Source: an uncultured delta proteobacterium | GTDB lineage: Bacteria > Desulfobacterota > Binatia > UBA9968 | Direction of reading: 5' to 3' | Length of the DNA stretch: 64,000 bases | Assembly (NCBI GenBank): GCA_963771465.1 | Contig: CAVYTU010000017.1 | Location: forward strand, 320,001-384,000 | Shown here: one piece after another, positions 38,605-48,273 of the stretch | Position numbering within the stretch: position 1 is the first letter of the stretch | Layout of the letters: the number at the start of each line of letters is the position of its first letter | Notes under the pieces: model-generated | The model's input: only the letters and a program-made list of their open reading frames with translations | Told to the model about the DNA's origin: nothing | Databases searched by the model: none | Position numbers and translations under genes: made by a program

Positions 38605-38658
38605 GATTGATTAACTGCACAGGGCTCCAAGGTCGCAAAAAAAGTATAAGGATGAGGG

Positions 38659-39933
38659 ATGAAAGATGAAGTGATCGGACGTGTAACTGATTCGTCGGCT
38701 CCGAGTTTTTTATCCTTCATTTTTCCGCCTGCATCCTTTCCCCGTGTTCCTCTTGCTGTTCCCTATTGGACCAGCGAAACCTACCGAACCATTTTTCACA
38801 GCTTGATCTCGGGATGCGTCGTTGACGGGCCGCAGGTCGGGGCGCTCAGAGCAGAAATCGTAGAGAAATTGGGTGTTGCGGATGCGCTGCTGTGCGGCTC
38901 CGGCAGTTTGGCGCTTGAACTCGCGCTACGTGCTTGTGGCGTGCGCGTTGGCGACGAAGTCGTGATTCCGACTTTTTGCTGCAGCGCGGTGGTTCGGCCA
39001 ATCTTAGCGGTGGGAGCGGTGCCTGTGCTCGCCGATGTTGGCGCTGAGCTCAATTTAACCGCGGAGACGGTTAGTCTTGTGCTAACAAGAAAAACCAAGG
39101 CGATCATCGTGCCGCATCTCTTTGGTAATCCGGCCGAGATCGGCGCGATTGTTGAGCTTGCCCGCGAGAAAAACATTCGCGTTATCGACGACGCGGCTCA
39201 AGCGTTGGGCGCGACAATCGACGGACAGGCTGTCGGCAGCTTCGGCGATGCCGGTATTTTAAGTTTCGGTGCCGAAAAGGTTTGTTTTGGGCTGGGTGGT
39301 GGCGCGGTGATCACGCAAAGGCGAGGATTTCTAGACAATCATGCTGGTCTTAATTTAATGTTGCCGCGGCTAGTGCCGACGTTGCAGAAGTATTTGCTCA
39401 CGCTCTTTTGGCGGCGTTGGCGAGGATGGACGTTGCCAATTTACGAATTGATTTATCGCGCCGACGCCCGCGATCCTGAAGCGCCACCGAGTTCATATCG
39501 AAAAGAACGGCTCCCGAATCTCAACGCGGCCGTCGCGCTTTCGCTGGTCGAGTCGCTGCACAAAAATATCGAAGCCCGTCGTGCCCGAGTCCAAGCCTAC
39601 CGCGAATTGCTCGGAGATCAGGAAGGTTTGGAGCTGATCCGGCATCGCCCGGGATCGGCATGTCTAACCCAAGTCGTCAGAGTCGCAAAAAACCGAAGCA
39701 CAGAAGATCCTGCCTCCGCCGCCATCATGGCGCTGCGCAATGCGGGTTACGAGATACAAGGCAGCTATGTGCCAGTGCACCGCCTGGCGTGTTGCTCCAT
39801 GTGCGTTTGGGATAACCTTTCCTATACGGACAAAGTTTGGTCCGATCTGATCGAGTTGCCTTGCGAGCCTGATGTGAGCCTGATGCAAGTCGAGCAAATC
39901 GCCGGGATCGTCAAAGCGGTTATCGCCTCCTAG
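38659..39933 (+). CDS. DegT/DnrJ/EryC1/StrS family PLP aminotransferase (start uncertain)
   Basis: GSGSLAL, GDEVVIP, HLFG, IDDAAQALG, PLP-lysine SFGAEK, GGG and ELP motifs. Confidence 0.88.
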   Translation: MKDEVIGRVTDSSAPSFLSFIFPPASFPRVPLAVPYWTSETYRTIFHSLISGCVVDGPQVGALRAEIVEKLGVADALLCGSGSLALELALRACGVRVGDEVVIPTFCCSAVVRPILAVGAVPVLADVGAELNLTAETVSLVLTRKTKAIIVPHLFGNPAEIGAIVELAREKNIRVIDDAAQALGATIDGQAVGSFGDAGILSFGAEKVCFGLGGGAVITQRRGFLDNHAGLNLMLPRLVPTLQKYLLTLFWRRWRGWTLPIYELIYRADARDPEAPPSSYRKERLPNLNAAVALSLVESLHKNIEARRARVQAYRELLGDQEGLELIRHRPGSACLTQVVRVAKNRSTEDPASAAIMALRNAGYEIQGSYVPVHRLACCSMCVWDNLSYTDKVWSDLIELPCEPDVSLMQVEQIAGIVKAVIAS

Positions 39934-40058
39934 TAGGTTGGATTTTGAAGCTGAACAAAATTGGTCACCGAGACTCCTAGCTGAGACCCAAGACGGGGGA
40001 AAAATACCTTCGTTTATCGATTACAGCCAAGGTATACTTTTTGCGTCATTTTAGTGCC

Positions 40059-40664
40059 ATGAACTTGCCAACAAGCCATCTCAGACGGAACAGCGGAACG
40101 TCCATGTCGATAGGCCAAGAGCTCCGCATCGTCGGCCAGGGGTTGGAATCGCTCGAAGTAGAGGATTTCGATCTGCAAGGCGAGGGACTTGGTTATTTTG
40201 CCTTAGGTATTCCACGTCGTCACGCGCAGGCCGCGCAAAATGCGGCGGAATTGTGGAACAAGGTGCGCACCTCGTGGCAGAGTTTAACGGGGCAAAGGTA
40301 TTCGATCCGAAAGTTCTTGGACGTCGGCCCAGGCATTTTACGCGTTCTGTTTACGACGGAAGGGCTCCTCAAACTTGAAGCCGCAGGAATAACGCGGCGC
40401 AATCCTAATTCCCCGGGCGTTCCCGATTTCACCAAGCTGGCCCAGCCTCTTCGCATGGTTGGCGAGCATCTCGACGCTCAGTCGGCGCATTTGCTAAACG
40501 TCAGCAAACGAGGCGACCGGATTGCCTTTGCGTACGCCACCGGACCTACGGATAAGCGCATGGAAGAGTGGAAACTCTCGCAGATGTTCGGAAAGTGGAT
40601 GGACGTTTATCAGCAAAGAGATTCCCAAACCGCTCGATCCCAGGCTAAATTGGAACTTGAGTAA
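40059..40664 (+). CDS. Hypothetical protein (two similar halves)
   Basis: ELRIVGQGLE and PLRMVGEHLD repeats suggest internal duplication; no known motif. Confidence 0.65.
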   Translation: MNLPTSHLRRNSGTSMSIGQELRIVGQGLESLEVEDFDLQGEGLGYFALGIPRRHAQAAQNAAELWNKVRTSWQSLTGQRYSIRKFLDVGPGILRVLFTTEGLLKLEAAGITRRNPNSPGVPDFTKLAQPLRMVGEHLDAQSAHLLNVSKRGDRIAFAYATGPTDKRMEEWKLSQMFGKWMDVYQQRDSQTARSQAKLELE

Positions 40665-41064
40665 GTACGAACCCGCGCGTCTCTAGTTTTTTCTCGTTAG
40701 CGTTATCGTCGCGCAACGTGCGACGTATGGATCGCCTGTCCGCAAGCGCACTTTTCTTTCAACTCTTAAATAACTAACGCGTACCACGTTGCGCGAAGTG
40801 ATCGAGCGCCCTCCTTTTTCCGTTTCCATGCGAGCGTAGTTCCTGGTCGGCCATGCCTTAAATACGGTGGGCCGAGATAAAAGAAGGTGTAAATTGCGGT
40901 TAGGCCGGGACATGGTGGAATTTTCGCTGAACTTTAGATTACACCGCACTCGTTCTTGTTATCGACGCAGGAGATGAAATTGTGCTAACCATGAACGCAT
41001 CGGCGGTCGCTATCCGAACCGATTACGCCCGAATATTGTACGCATTACGTTAGGCACGACAAAG

Positions 41065-43683
41065 TTGCAGTTATTCGTCAATCGATTCTTAATTTTTCCC
41101 GTTGGGTTTTGTCTCGGTATGATGACCGGCTGCGGCGCTGGCTCACTTGAGAAACCCGTCGAGCATCGGCCCCACGTGTCAATGATTTCCAATGGCTACA
41201 CCAACTTTGAGACCGAGCCGGTGCGGCCGTTGGCGCTGTCGGATGACGGCCGCTATCTTTATGCGCTCAACACCGCCGACGATCGCTTGGAGATCTTTGA
41301 CAGTCGCGGCGACAGCTTGCGTTCGGTTGGCGAGACGTCGGTGGGATTGCGTCCAGTGGCCGTCGCGCTGCGCGGCGGAGAGGCTTGGGTCGTCAATCAT
41401 CTTTCCGACTCGGTGAGTGTCGTCGACATCCGCGATCCGATGCGGCCGAGGGTCATGCGGACTTTGCAAGTCGGCGATGAGCCGAGGGGAATTGTAGTTG
41501 GCGGACCGCGGCGCGATCGGATTTTCATCGCCACCGCACGGCGCGATGAAACTTTGACTCCAGGCATCGGCCGCGCTCAAGTCTGGATCTTTCATGCCGA
41601 CAATCCAACCGCGCCGCCAAAAATCGTCACGCTCTTCGGTTCCAAGCCGCGCGCGCTGGCGACCTCCGCCGACGGCCGATTTGTCTATGCGGCGATCTAC
41701 TTGTCCGGCAACGGCACAAGCGCGGTTTCCGGCGAAGATGCGCTGCGACTTGGCAAGGCGAATCATTTGCAGTTCGAGAAATTTATTTATTCGGGCGTGC
41801 CCAAGCAAGGTGCCATCGTGCGGCGCGCGCGCGGTGCGTGGCGCGATTTCGATGATCGCGATTGGTCGGCCGCGGTGCCGTTCGAATTACCGGACTCTGA
41901 CGTGTTCGTGCTCGATGCCGCGGCGAATGAGCCGACAGTGGTCAATGCCATCAGCGGCGTTGGCACTATACTTTTCAACTTGGCGGTACAGCCGGGTAGC
42001 GGCGAGATTTGGGTGACCAATACCGAGGCGAAAAATCTGGTTCTGTTTGAACCGCGCTTGCAGGGCAGTTTTGCCGATAATCGTGTCACTCGCATTCTCT
42101 CCAATGAAAATGGCGCAAGTCGCGTTCTGCCCGTCGATTTGAATCGCCATGTTGATCGATCCGTTGGCACGGCGGCGGATTCCGAGCGTGCGCTCAGTTT
42201 AGCACAACCCTTGGACATCGTTTTTTCTCCCGACGGAAATCGAGCCTATGTCGCGGCGTTCGGCTCGCGCAAGGTTGCCATGCTCGACGGCGCGGGCGAT
42301 GTCATCGACCGGATCGAAGTAGGATTTGGCCCCGGCGGGTTGGCCCTCGATGCCCAACGACAGAGGCTTTATGTCTTGAATCACCTCGACGCGACGATTT
42401 CCGTCATCGATCTCGCCAGGCGTACAGCAGTCGCGACGATCGGCCTGCGCTACGATCCAACGCCGCCGTCGGTGCGCGCCGGCCGGCCATTTTTTTACGA
42501 TGCGGCGCTCACGTCCCGTCATGGCGACCTTTCCTGCGCCACCTGTCATGTCTTTGGCGATATGGACGGATTGGCTTGGGACTTGGGCGATCCGGCGGCA
42601 GCGCAGATTGATTATCCGGTAAAACTCAAGAATGGCGGACTGGGTGAACCACGCCAGGCATTGCATCCTCTCAAGGGGCCGATGACGACGCAGAGCTTGC
42701 GCGGTTTGGCGAATACGGCGCCGTATCACTGGCGCGGCGATCGCTTTGGCGTGCCCTATGAGCCGGGCGGCGACCTGGCCAGTTTCAATGATTTCAATCC
42801 CGCGTTCATCAAGCTTATGGGCCGACCCAGTGAAATCTCCGACAGCGCCATGGAAGCATTTGCCCGGTTCGTCTTCACAATTCGCTATCCGCCCAATCCC
42901 ATGCAGCGGCTCGACCGCAGTATGGACAGCGAGCAAAAAGCCGGATTTGATTTTTTCACCGGGCCGTTCTTTTCCGACGCCGGCGAGCAGAATTGTGTAG
43001 CCTGCCATCAACTACCGCTGGGCACCAATCGGTTGGTCAACTTCGAAGGTCTGCAAATCGGCCGCGATATGAAAACCCCACACCTGCGCAACTTGTATGA
43101 CAAGGTCGGCCGCTTCAACGTTGGCGGGCCGCAAGTTTCGGGATTCGGATTTCTTCATGACGGCACGGTCGAGAGCGTAGTTAGCTTTCTCCGTTTCGAC
43201 GTGTTTTTCTTCCCCGGCAAGACCGAAACGGACAAAGATCTGATTCGCCGTCAACTGCATCACTACCTGATGGCGTTCGACACCGGGATGGCGCCGCTGG
43301 TCGGGCGGCAGCTCACGGTGAGCGGCGAATTATCCGCCAGTGACCGGCAAATGCTCGATTTGATGACCACACGCGCCGTGGCGGGCGACTGCGACTTGAC
43401 CGCGCGAGCATGGGAAGGCAAATTGCAACGCGGTTGGTTGTTGCGCAATCGAGAATTTTACGGCGACCGCGGCGCCGATGCGCCGCTGGTGCTAGGCGAT
43501 TTGCTCGCTCGTTATCGCCGCGACGCGCAGGCGATGACCTTCACTTGCGTGCCGCCGGGCGATGGCCGGCGCAGTGCCATCGATCGTGATCTGGACGGTT
43601 ACTTAGACGGCGACGAAATTTTCGCCGGCAGCGATCTCGCCAATTCGAGAAGCGTGCCGGCGCAAGTCTTACTGATACGATGA
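41065..43683 (+). CDS. Probable lipoprotein: YncE-like beta-propeller fused to a di-heme cytochrome c (CcP/MauG-like) domain
   Basis: Lipobox-like MMTGC; propeller blades; CATCH and CVACH heme motifs; PYHWRG, KTPHLRNL and FLHDG; C-terminal DRDLDGYLDGDE. Confidence 0.8.
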   Translation: MQLFVNRFLIFPVGFCLGMMTGCGAGSLEKPVEHRPHVSMISNGYTNFETEPVRPLALSDDGRYLYALNTADDRLEIFDSRGDSLRSVGETSVGLRPVAVALRGGEAWVVNHLSDSVSVVDIRDPMRPRVMRTLQVGDEPRGIVVGGPRRDRIFIATARRDETLTPGIGRAQVWIFHADNPTAPPKIVTLFGSKPRALATSADGRFVYAAIYLSGNGTSAVSGEDALRLGKANHLQFEKFIYSGVPKQGAIVRRARGAWRDFDDRDWSAAVPFELPDSDVFVLDAAANEPTVVNAISGVGTILFNLAVQPGSGEIWVTNTEAKNLVLFEPRLQGSFADNRVTRILSNENGASRVLPVDLNRHVDRSVGTAADSERALSLAQPLDIVFSPDGNRAYVAAFGSRKVAMLDGAGDVIDRIEVGFGPGGLALDAQRQRLYVLNHLDATISVIDLARRTAVATIGLRYDPTPPSVRAGRPFFYDAALTSRHGDLSCATCHVFGDMDGLAWDLGDPAAAQIDYPVKLKNGGLGEPRQALHPLKGPMTTQSLRGLANTAPYHWRGDRFGVPYEPGGDLASFNDFNPAFIKLMGRPSEISDSAMEAFARFVFTIRYPPNPMQRLDRSMDSEQKAGFDFFTGPFFSDAGEQNCVACHQLPLGTNRLVNFEGLQIGRDMKTPHLRNLYDKVGRFNVGGPQVSGFGFLHDGTVESVVSFLRFDVFFFPGKTETDKDLIRRQLHHYLMAFDTGMAPLVGRQLTVSGELSASDRQMLDLMTTRAVAGDCDLTARAWEGKLQRGWLLRNREFYGDRGADAPLVLGDLLARYRRDAQAMTFTCVPPGDGRRSAIDRDLDGYLDGDEIFAGSDLANSRSVPAQVLLIR

Positions 43684-44807
43684 AGTTCCCGTTGCTACGT
43701 TCCGGTGGATTTTTGTTCGCGCTGTTGCTGCCGGCGTGCGCCGGTCTGGCCGTGCGGGGCAACATCGGCGGGCAAAGCATCAATACGCGGGTCGATTCGG
43801 AAGTGGCGCGCTACTATCTCGCCAGCTATCTCGCTGGACAGAAAAATAACCTGCACTTTGATGACCGAATTGCCAATCTCTACAAGCACGCGCGCGAGAG
43901 TTTGCCGGATCGCGCTGAGCTGAAGCGATTGAGCGAAGAATTTTCAGTGGACTTTGCCGCTGCGTATCTTGCCGACCGAATTGTCGGTGTTTCCCAAAAT
44001 CGGCGGTTCCGCGATGTCTTTGAAGAGAACCGCCGGGCGTTCATTCAAAATCGTTTGAAGCTGCCCGGCGGCGCAGCCGATTACGAAGTCATGTTCATTC
44101 CCACTTATCTCTATAAGCGGCTGCCGATCACGGGCGGTGATTTTGCCGTGCCCAAAAGGGCGCTGCAAAGAATCGGCATGCCGTTTCATTTTGTCGAAAC
44201 CGTTGAGGATGGCGCCGTCGAGACCAATGCGCATATCGTCGCTGCTGCGATTGGCGCACGAGCGCACGCCGGCCGGCGCGTGATTCTGATTAGCGCAAGC
44301 AAGTCTGGACCGGAAGTTGCACTGGCGTTAACGCGCTTGGGCAGCGCGGCGACACGCCATGTCGTTGCCTGGATCAACACCGTCGGCGCTCTGCAGGGAA
44401 CGCCGCTCACCGACGAGCAGTTGCTGCCGGAAGTGGAAGAGTTTGTCGGCACGGTCGATGTCGCCGGGATGCAAAGTTTAATGACTGAACCAAGCCGGCG
44501 GCGGTTTCAGAGTTTTCGCGTGCCGGAGCATATTCTCGTGGTCAACTATTTCGGCATCCCCCTGTTGGGCAGCGTGTCGTCTTGGGCGCGCCGAGGCTTT
44601 ACGGCGTTGAGCAAGCATGGACCCAACGACGGTATTTTGCTTTTGTCCGATATGATCCTTCCGGGTGGCGTTACCGTCGCTGAATTGGGACTCGATCATT
44701 TTTTGTTGGATCAGAACCTCGATGCCGCGACCGTAGGGTTAGTCGTGGCGGTCATGCGCTCGACAGAAGAATCGGCAACGAGGGCGTTGCACGTTTCCGA
44801 TAAGTAG
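43680..44807 (+). CDS. Probable lipoprotein alpha/beta hydrolase
   Basis: Lipobox LPAC; ISASKSG elbow, PNDG and LDH triad candidates; ATGA overlap with the upstream stop. Confidence 0.65.
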   Translation: MKFPLLRSGGFLFALLLPACAGLAVRGNIGGQSINTRVDSEVARYYLASYLAGQKNNLHFDDRIANLYKHARESLPDRAELKRLSEEFSVDFAAAYLADRIVGVSQNRRFRDVFEENRRAFIQNRLKLPGGAADYEVMFIPTYLYKRLPITGGDFAVPKRALQRIGMPFHFVETVEDGAVETNAHIVAAAIGARAHAGRRVILISASKSGPEVALALTRLGSAATRHVVAWINTVGALQGTPLTDEQLLPEVEEFVGTVDVAGMQSLMTEPSRRRFQSFRVPEHILVVNYFGIPLLGSVSSWARRGFTALSKHGPNDGILLLSDMILPGGVTVAELGLDHFLLDQNLDAATVGLVVAVMRSTEESATRALHVSDK

Positions 44808-44956
44808 TTCTGCCCTGGTTGAAAAGAGATTGACCATAGCAGCATGAGGAAGAAGATTGCTTCGGAAATTTGGCCGCAAAGAAACAAGAGGGATGCTGAG
44901 TCTAACTCGACTCCTCCACATTAGCGCCTGAAGTTCGCGACAATTATAGTGAGCAG

Positions 44957-46444
44957 ATGAACGACATTCACTTTGTCGACACGACATTGCGCGACGGCTC
45001 GCTGAGCTTGTGGGCGTTGGGAATGCGCACTGGCGCCATGCTCGCCATCGCCGAGCAGATGGACCTGTGCGGCTTTGAGTCTATGGAGTTTTTCGGCTTC
45101 GCTGGCTACATCAAGTACGTCAAAGAGCATAAGGAAAATCCCTGGGACTGGATGGGGCTCGGCGCCAAAAAATTTCACCGCACCCGTTTACGCTACCACG
45201 GTGGATTGGCGTCGGGCTTTGAGAAAATTCCACGCTCGGTGCGGCTGCTGATGATTGAGCGCGTGGTGGCACACGGCATTACGCTGACGCGCTCCTCGGA
45301 TCCGTGGAACGATTACGATGCGGCGGCGCGGGAGATCGCCGCGCTGCAGCAGCTTGGCATGGAGGTGATCGTCAACATCATTTACTCCGTCTCACCGCGC
45401 CATACTGACGAGTACTTCGCGACACGGGCGCGCCAAGCTGCGGCGATCAAGCCTTACCGCATCTGCTTCAAAGACGTCGCCGGTTTGCTCACGCCGGAGC
45501 GTACGCGAACATTGATGCCTCTGATCAGGCAAAATATCGGTGATGTGCCGTTGGAATTTCATGCACACTGCAACAATGGCATGGCGCCGTTCAATTACCT
45601 TGAAGCGATCAAACTCGGTGTCGATACGTTGCATACGGGGATTCCGCCGTTGGCGAATGGTTCTGGGCAGCCATCGATTTTCAACGTCGCGCGCAACGCG
45701 TCGGCGCTGGGTTATCGGCCAGTGGTGGATTTAGAAGCGGTCAAGCCGGTGGAAAATCATTTCACGTTCATCGGCAAGCGTGAAGGCCATCCGGTCGGCG
45801 CCCAGCGCGAATACGATCATTCTCAATATTTGCACCAAGTGCCCGGCGGCATGATATCCAATTTGCGATATCAATTGCGCGCCATGGGGATGGAAAACAA
45901 AATGCAAGAGACGTTGGAGGAGTGCGGCCGGGTGCGCGCCGAGTTCGGCTATCCGATCATGGTCACGCCGCTGGCGCAGTTCGTCGGCAGTCAGGCAGCG
46001 ATCAACGTGATCACCGGCGAGCGCTACAAAGAAATAACCGATCAGGCGATCCAATACGCCTTTGGCCACTGGGGCAAGGAAGCGCCTCAAGTGATGGATG
46101 CCAACGTCAAAGACAAGATTCTCAGCCGCCCGCGCGCCAAGGACTGGCAGAACTGGGCGCCGGCGGATTTATCGCTTCAAGAAGTTCGAAAGAAGTTTGG
46201 TGGCGCCGTCGTGTCGGACGAAGAGTTGGTGTTGCGCGTAATTGCCGGCGAAGCGGCGGTTGCAACGATGCTCGCCGCCGGCGCGCCAAAGGAATATATG
46301 AGCGTAACTCAGCCGCTGGTACGACTGATCGGAGAACTCAGCAAACGCAAGGATTGCAACCAAATGTTCATTGAGAAAAATGGTCTTTCGCTGCGGCTGG
46401 GAAGAAACCCAGTTAACCGCAAAGGGCGCAAGATCGCCAATTAA
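44957..46444 (+). CDS. Pyruvate carboxylase subunit B / oxaloacetate decarboxylase alpha-like carboxyltransferase, no biotinyl domain
   Basis: DTTLRDG, FKDVAG, HAHCNNG, HQVPGGM and GYPIMVTP motifs; no AMKM motif. Confidence 0.85.
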   Translation: MNDIHFVDTTLRDGSLSLWALGMRTGAMLAIAEQMDLCGFESMEFFGFAGYIKYVKEHKENPWDWMGLGAKKFHRTRLRYHGGLASGFEKIPRSVRLLMIERVVAHGITLTRSSDPWNDYDAAAREIAALQQLGMEVIVNIIYSVSPRHTDEYFATRARQAAAIKPYRICFKDVAGLLTPERTRTLMPLIRQNIGDVPLEFHAHCNNGMAPFNYLEAIKLGVDTLHTGIPPLANGSGQPSIFNVARNASALGYRPVVDLEAVKPVENHFTFIGKREGHPVGAQREYDHSQYLHQVPGGMISNLRYQLRAMGMENKMQETLEECGRVRAEFGYPIMVTPLAQFVGSQAAINVITGERYKEITDQAIQYAFGHWGKEAPQVMDANVKDKILSRPRAKDWQNWAPADLSLQEVRKKFGGAVVSDEELVLRVIAGEAAVATMLAAGAPKEYMSVTQPLVRLIGELSKRKDCNQMFIEKNGLSLRLGRNPVNRKGRKIAN

Positions 46445-46536
46445 TAAGAATCGGACGCAGAGAATTAGCCGCAAAGAACATAAAGGAACCAAGAAGATTC
46501 TGAACTTGCTCTCTTAGCGCGACAAATTTCCTCTCC

Positions 46537-47271
46537 TTATCCCGGCATCTCAGCGAGTAGCCTGCCGTAACCCTTGATCGGATGGCGTAAGCCTAATTTT
46601 AATTGTGTACCCCAGGCGCGCGCGGGACCGGCGTGGACAACGGTGAGGCCGGTGTCATTTTCCAAGCGCTCGATGATCTCGACCGATTTCCATGCCGAGC
46701 CAAGCATGTAGATGCCGTCGGCGTCTTTATGTTTGGCGGCGATGCCCTTCATGAATTCGAGAATCTTTTCCGGCGGCACTTTGGGCACATCGGCGAAGGG
46801 CGAATCGATGCCTTCCATCGCCAGCACTTGAAATCCGGCGTCGGTGAAATAGCGCGCGAAGACGTTGTTCATCTTTTCTGGGAAGTAGCTGGCGCCGGCG
46901 AATTTCTTCATGCCGAGGGTGCGCAAGGCCTGGACGTGATTTTGCCCCGAGGTGAACATCGGCACGTTGTATTTCTTTTCCCAGCTGCTGATCAGTTCTT
47001 GCTCTTTTTGATAGCCGAGCAGCATGAACGGCGGCGCGCCGCTGGGACGAACCAGGTTGGCCCCCATGCGCGCGAACTCCGCGGCCTTGGCTTCGTAGCC
47101 CGGCATCGACGTGCTAAATTCCTCCTCGGTGCCGCGGGTGAAATTCATCGTCGAAGCAAGAAACTTGATCTTGGCCGGGATCAACGTGTCGAGGTCGACC
47201 TCCTGGCCGGCTTCGGGGCGATTGGTCGGGCGCACTGTGCCGACGAGATATTCCTTTTCGCTTTCCGCCAT
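46537..47271 (-). CDS. Maleate isomerase / arylmalonate decarboxylase (Asp/Glu racemase superfamily) homolog
   Basis: ALRTLGMKK, YFTDAGFQV, IERLENDTG and C-terminal GYGRLL typical of the family. Confidence 0.75.
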   Translation of the reverse strand: MAESEKEYLVGTVRPTNRPEAGQEVDLDTLIPAKIKFLASTMNFTRGTEEEFSTSMPGYEAKAAEFARMGANLVRPSGAPPFMLLGYQKEQELISSWEKKYNVPMFTSGQNHVQALRTLGMKKFAGASYFPEKMNNVFARYFTDAGFQVLAMEGIDSPFADVPKVPPEKILEFMKGIAAKHKDADGIYMLGSAWKSVEIIERLENDTGLTVVHAGPARAWGTQLKLGLRHPIKGYGRLLAEMPG

Positions 47272-47404
47272 GATTGTTTCTCCTTTGCGTGACGATTGGC
47301 ATCTAAACACTCCCTGTGAGCCGCGGTCAAGAGCGCGGCGATGGTAGACAACACGGCTGAGCTTAACTTAATATCAGCGCGTTGGCCGGATTACGGAGAA
47401 AAAA

Positions 47405-48253
47405 ATGAGCGAACGCGTTGCCAAAGTTGGGTTTATTGGCTTGGGCCGGATGGGCAAGCCGATGGCAAGCAACATTCTCGCTGCCGGATATGCACTGACT
47501 GTTTATGATCTGCGCCAAGCGGCCGTCAGTGAATTGACCCGACTTGGAGCGAAGGCGGCTACATCGCCGTATAATGTCGCCGAGGCAGCGGAAATCGTCG
47601 AGCTAGCGGTGGTCGACGATGCCCAAGTGGAAGATGTTTTGACGGGGGAGGATGGAGTTTTCGCCGGCGCGCGTCCGGGAACGATCATCGCGATTCACAG
47701 CACAGTGTTGCCTGAGACGGTGCGACGGCTCGCCGAGCTTGGCGCAAGAATCGGTGTGCAGGTCATCGATGCGCCGGTGTCCGGCGGAGAGACTGGAGCA
47801 CGGGAGAAATCGCTCAGCTATATGGTTGGCGGCGACGTCGCGGTATTGGAACGTTGCCGCGAATTGTTTTCCACTTCGGCGGCGCAGATTTTCCACATGG
47901 GTGGGCTAGGTAGTGGCGCAGTGGCGAAAGGAATCGTCCAGGTGGTGACCTGTATCAACATGCTCGCCGCTCACGAAGCGGAGAGCGTGGCGGAGAAGAC
48001 CGGGTTGAATTTCACAGCGCTACAGCAAGTACTGCGTAGCAGTTCGGCACAGAGCTTTGTGGTGGACAATTGGCTCGATCGATTCAAACTGGCCGGCGAT
48101 CCGATGGAGATTCGCCGCAGACGAACCGATGTATTTCAAAAAAGCCTGGCACCCGCGCTGGAAATCGCGGCGCGACTCGGTTTGTCGTTGGCGGGAACGG
48201 CGTTGGCGGAACGCTTGTTGCCGCGCATCATGGGCATTGAAGAATCACCATAG
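47405..48253 (+). CDS. NAD(P)-dependent oxidoreductase, 3-hydroxyisobutyrate dehydrogenase family
   Basis: GFIGLGRMG, HST, DAPVSGG, MVGG and catalytic Lys in GAVAK. Confidence 0.9.
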   Translation: MSERVAKVGFIGLGRMGKPMASNILAAGYALTVYDLRQAAVSELTRLGAKAATSPYNVAEAAEIVELAVVDDAQVEDVLTGEDGVFAGARPGTIIAIHSTVLPETVRRLAELGARIGVQVIDAPVSGGETGAREKSLSYMVGGDVAVLERCRELFSTSAAQIFHMGGLGSGAVAKGIVQVVTCINMLAAHEAESVAEKTGLNFTALQQVLRSSSAQSFVVDNWLDRFKLAGDPMEIRRRRTDVFQKSLAPALEIAARLGLSLAGTALAERLLPRIMGIEESP

Positions 48254-48273
48254 TTGGCAGGATGGGAGATCGA

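Noticed and set aside
41051-41070. Sigma54 promoter before the di-heme gene (GGCAC...TTGC)
   Set aside because: GG-to-GC spacing is two bases too long for a -24/-12 promoter.
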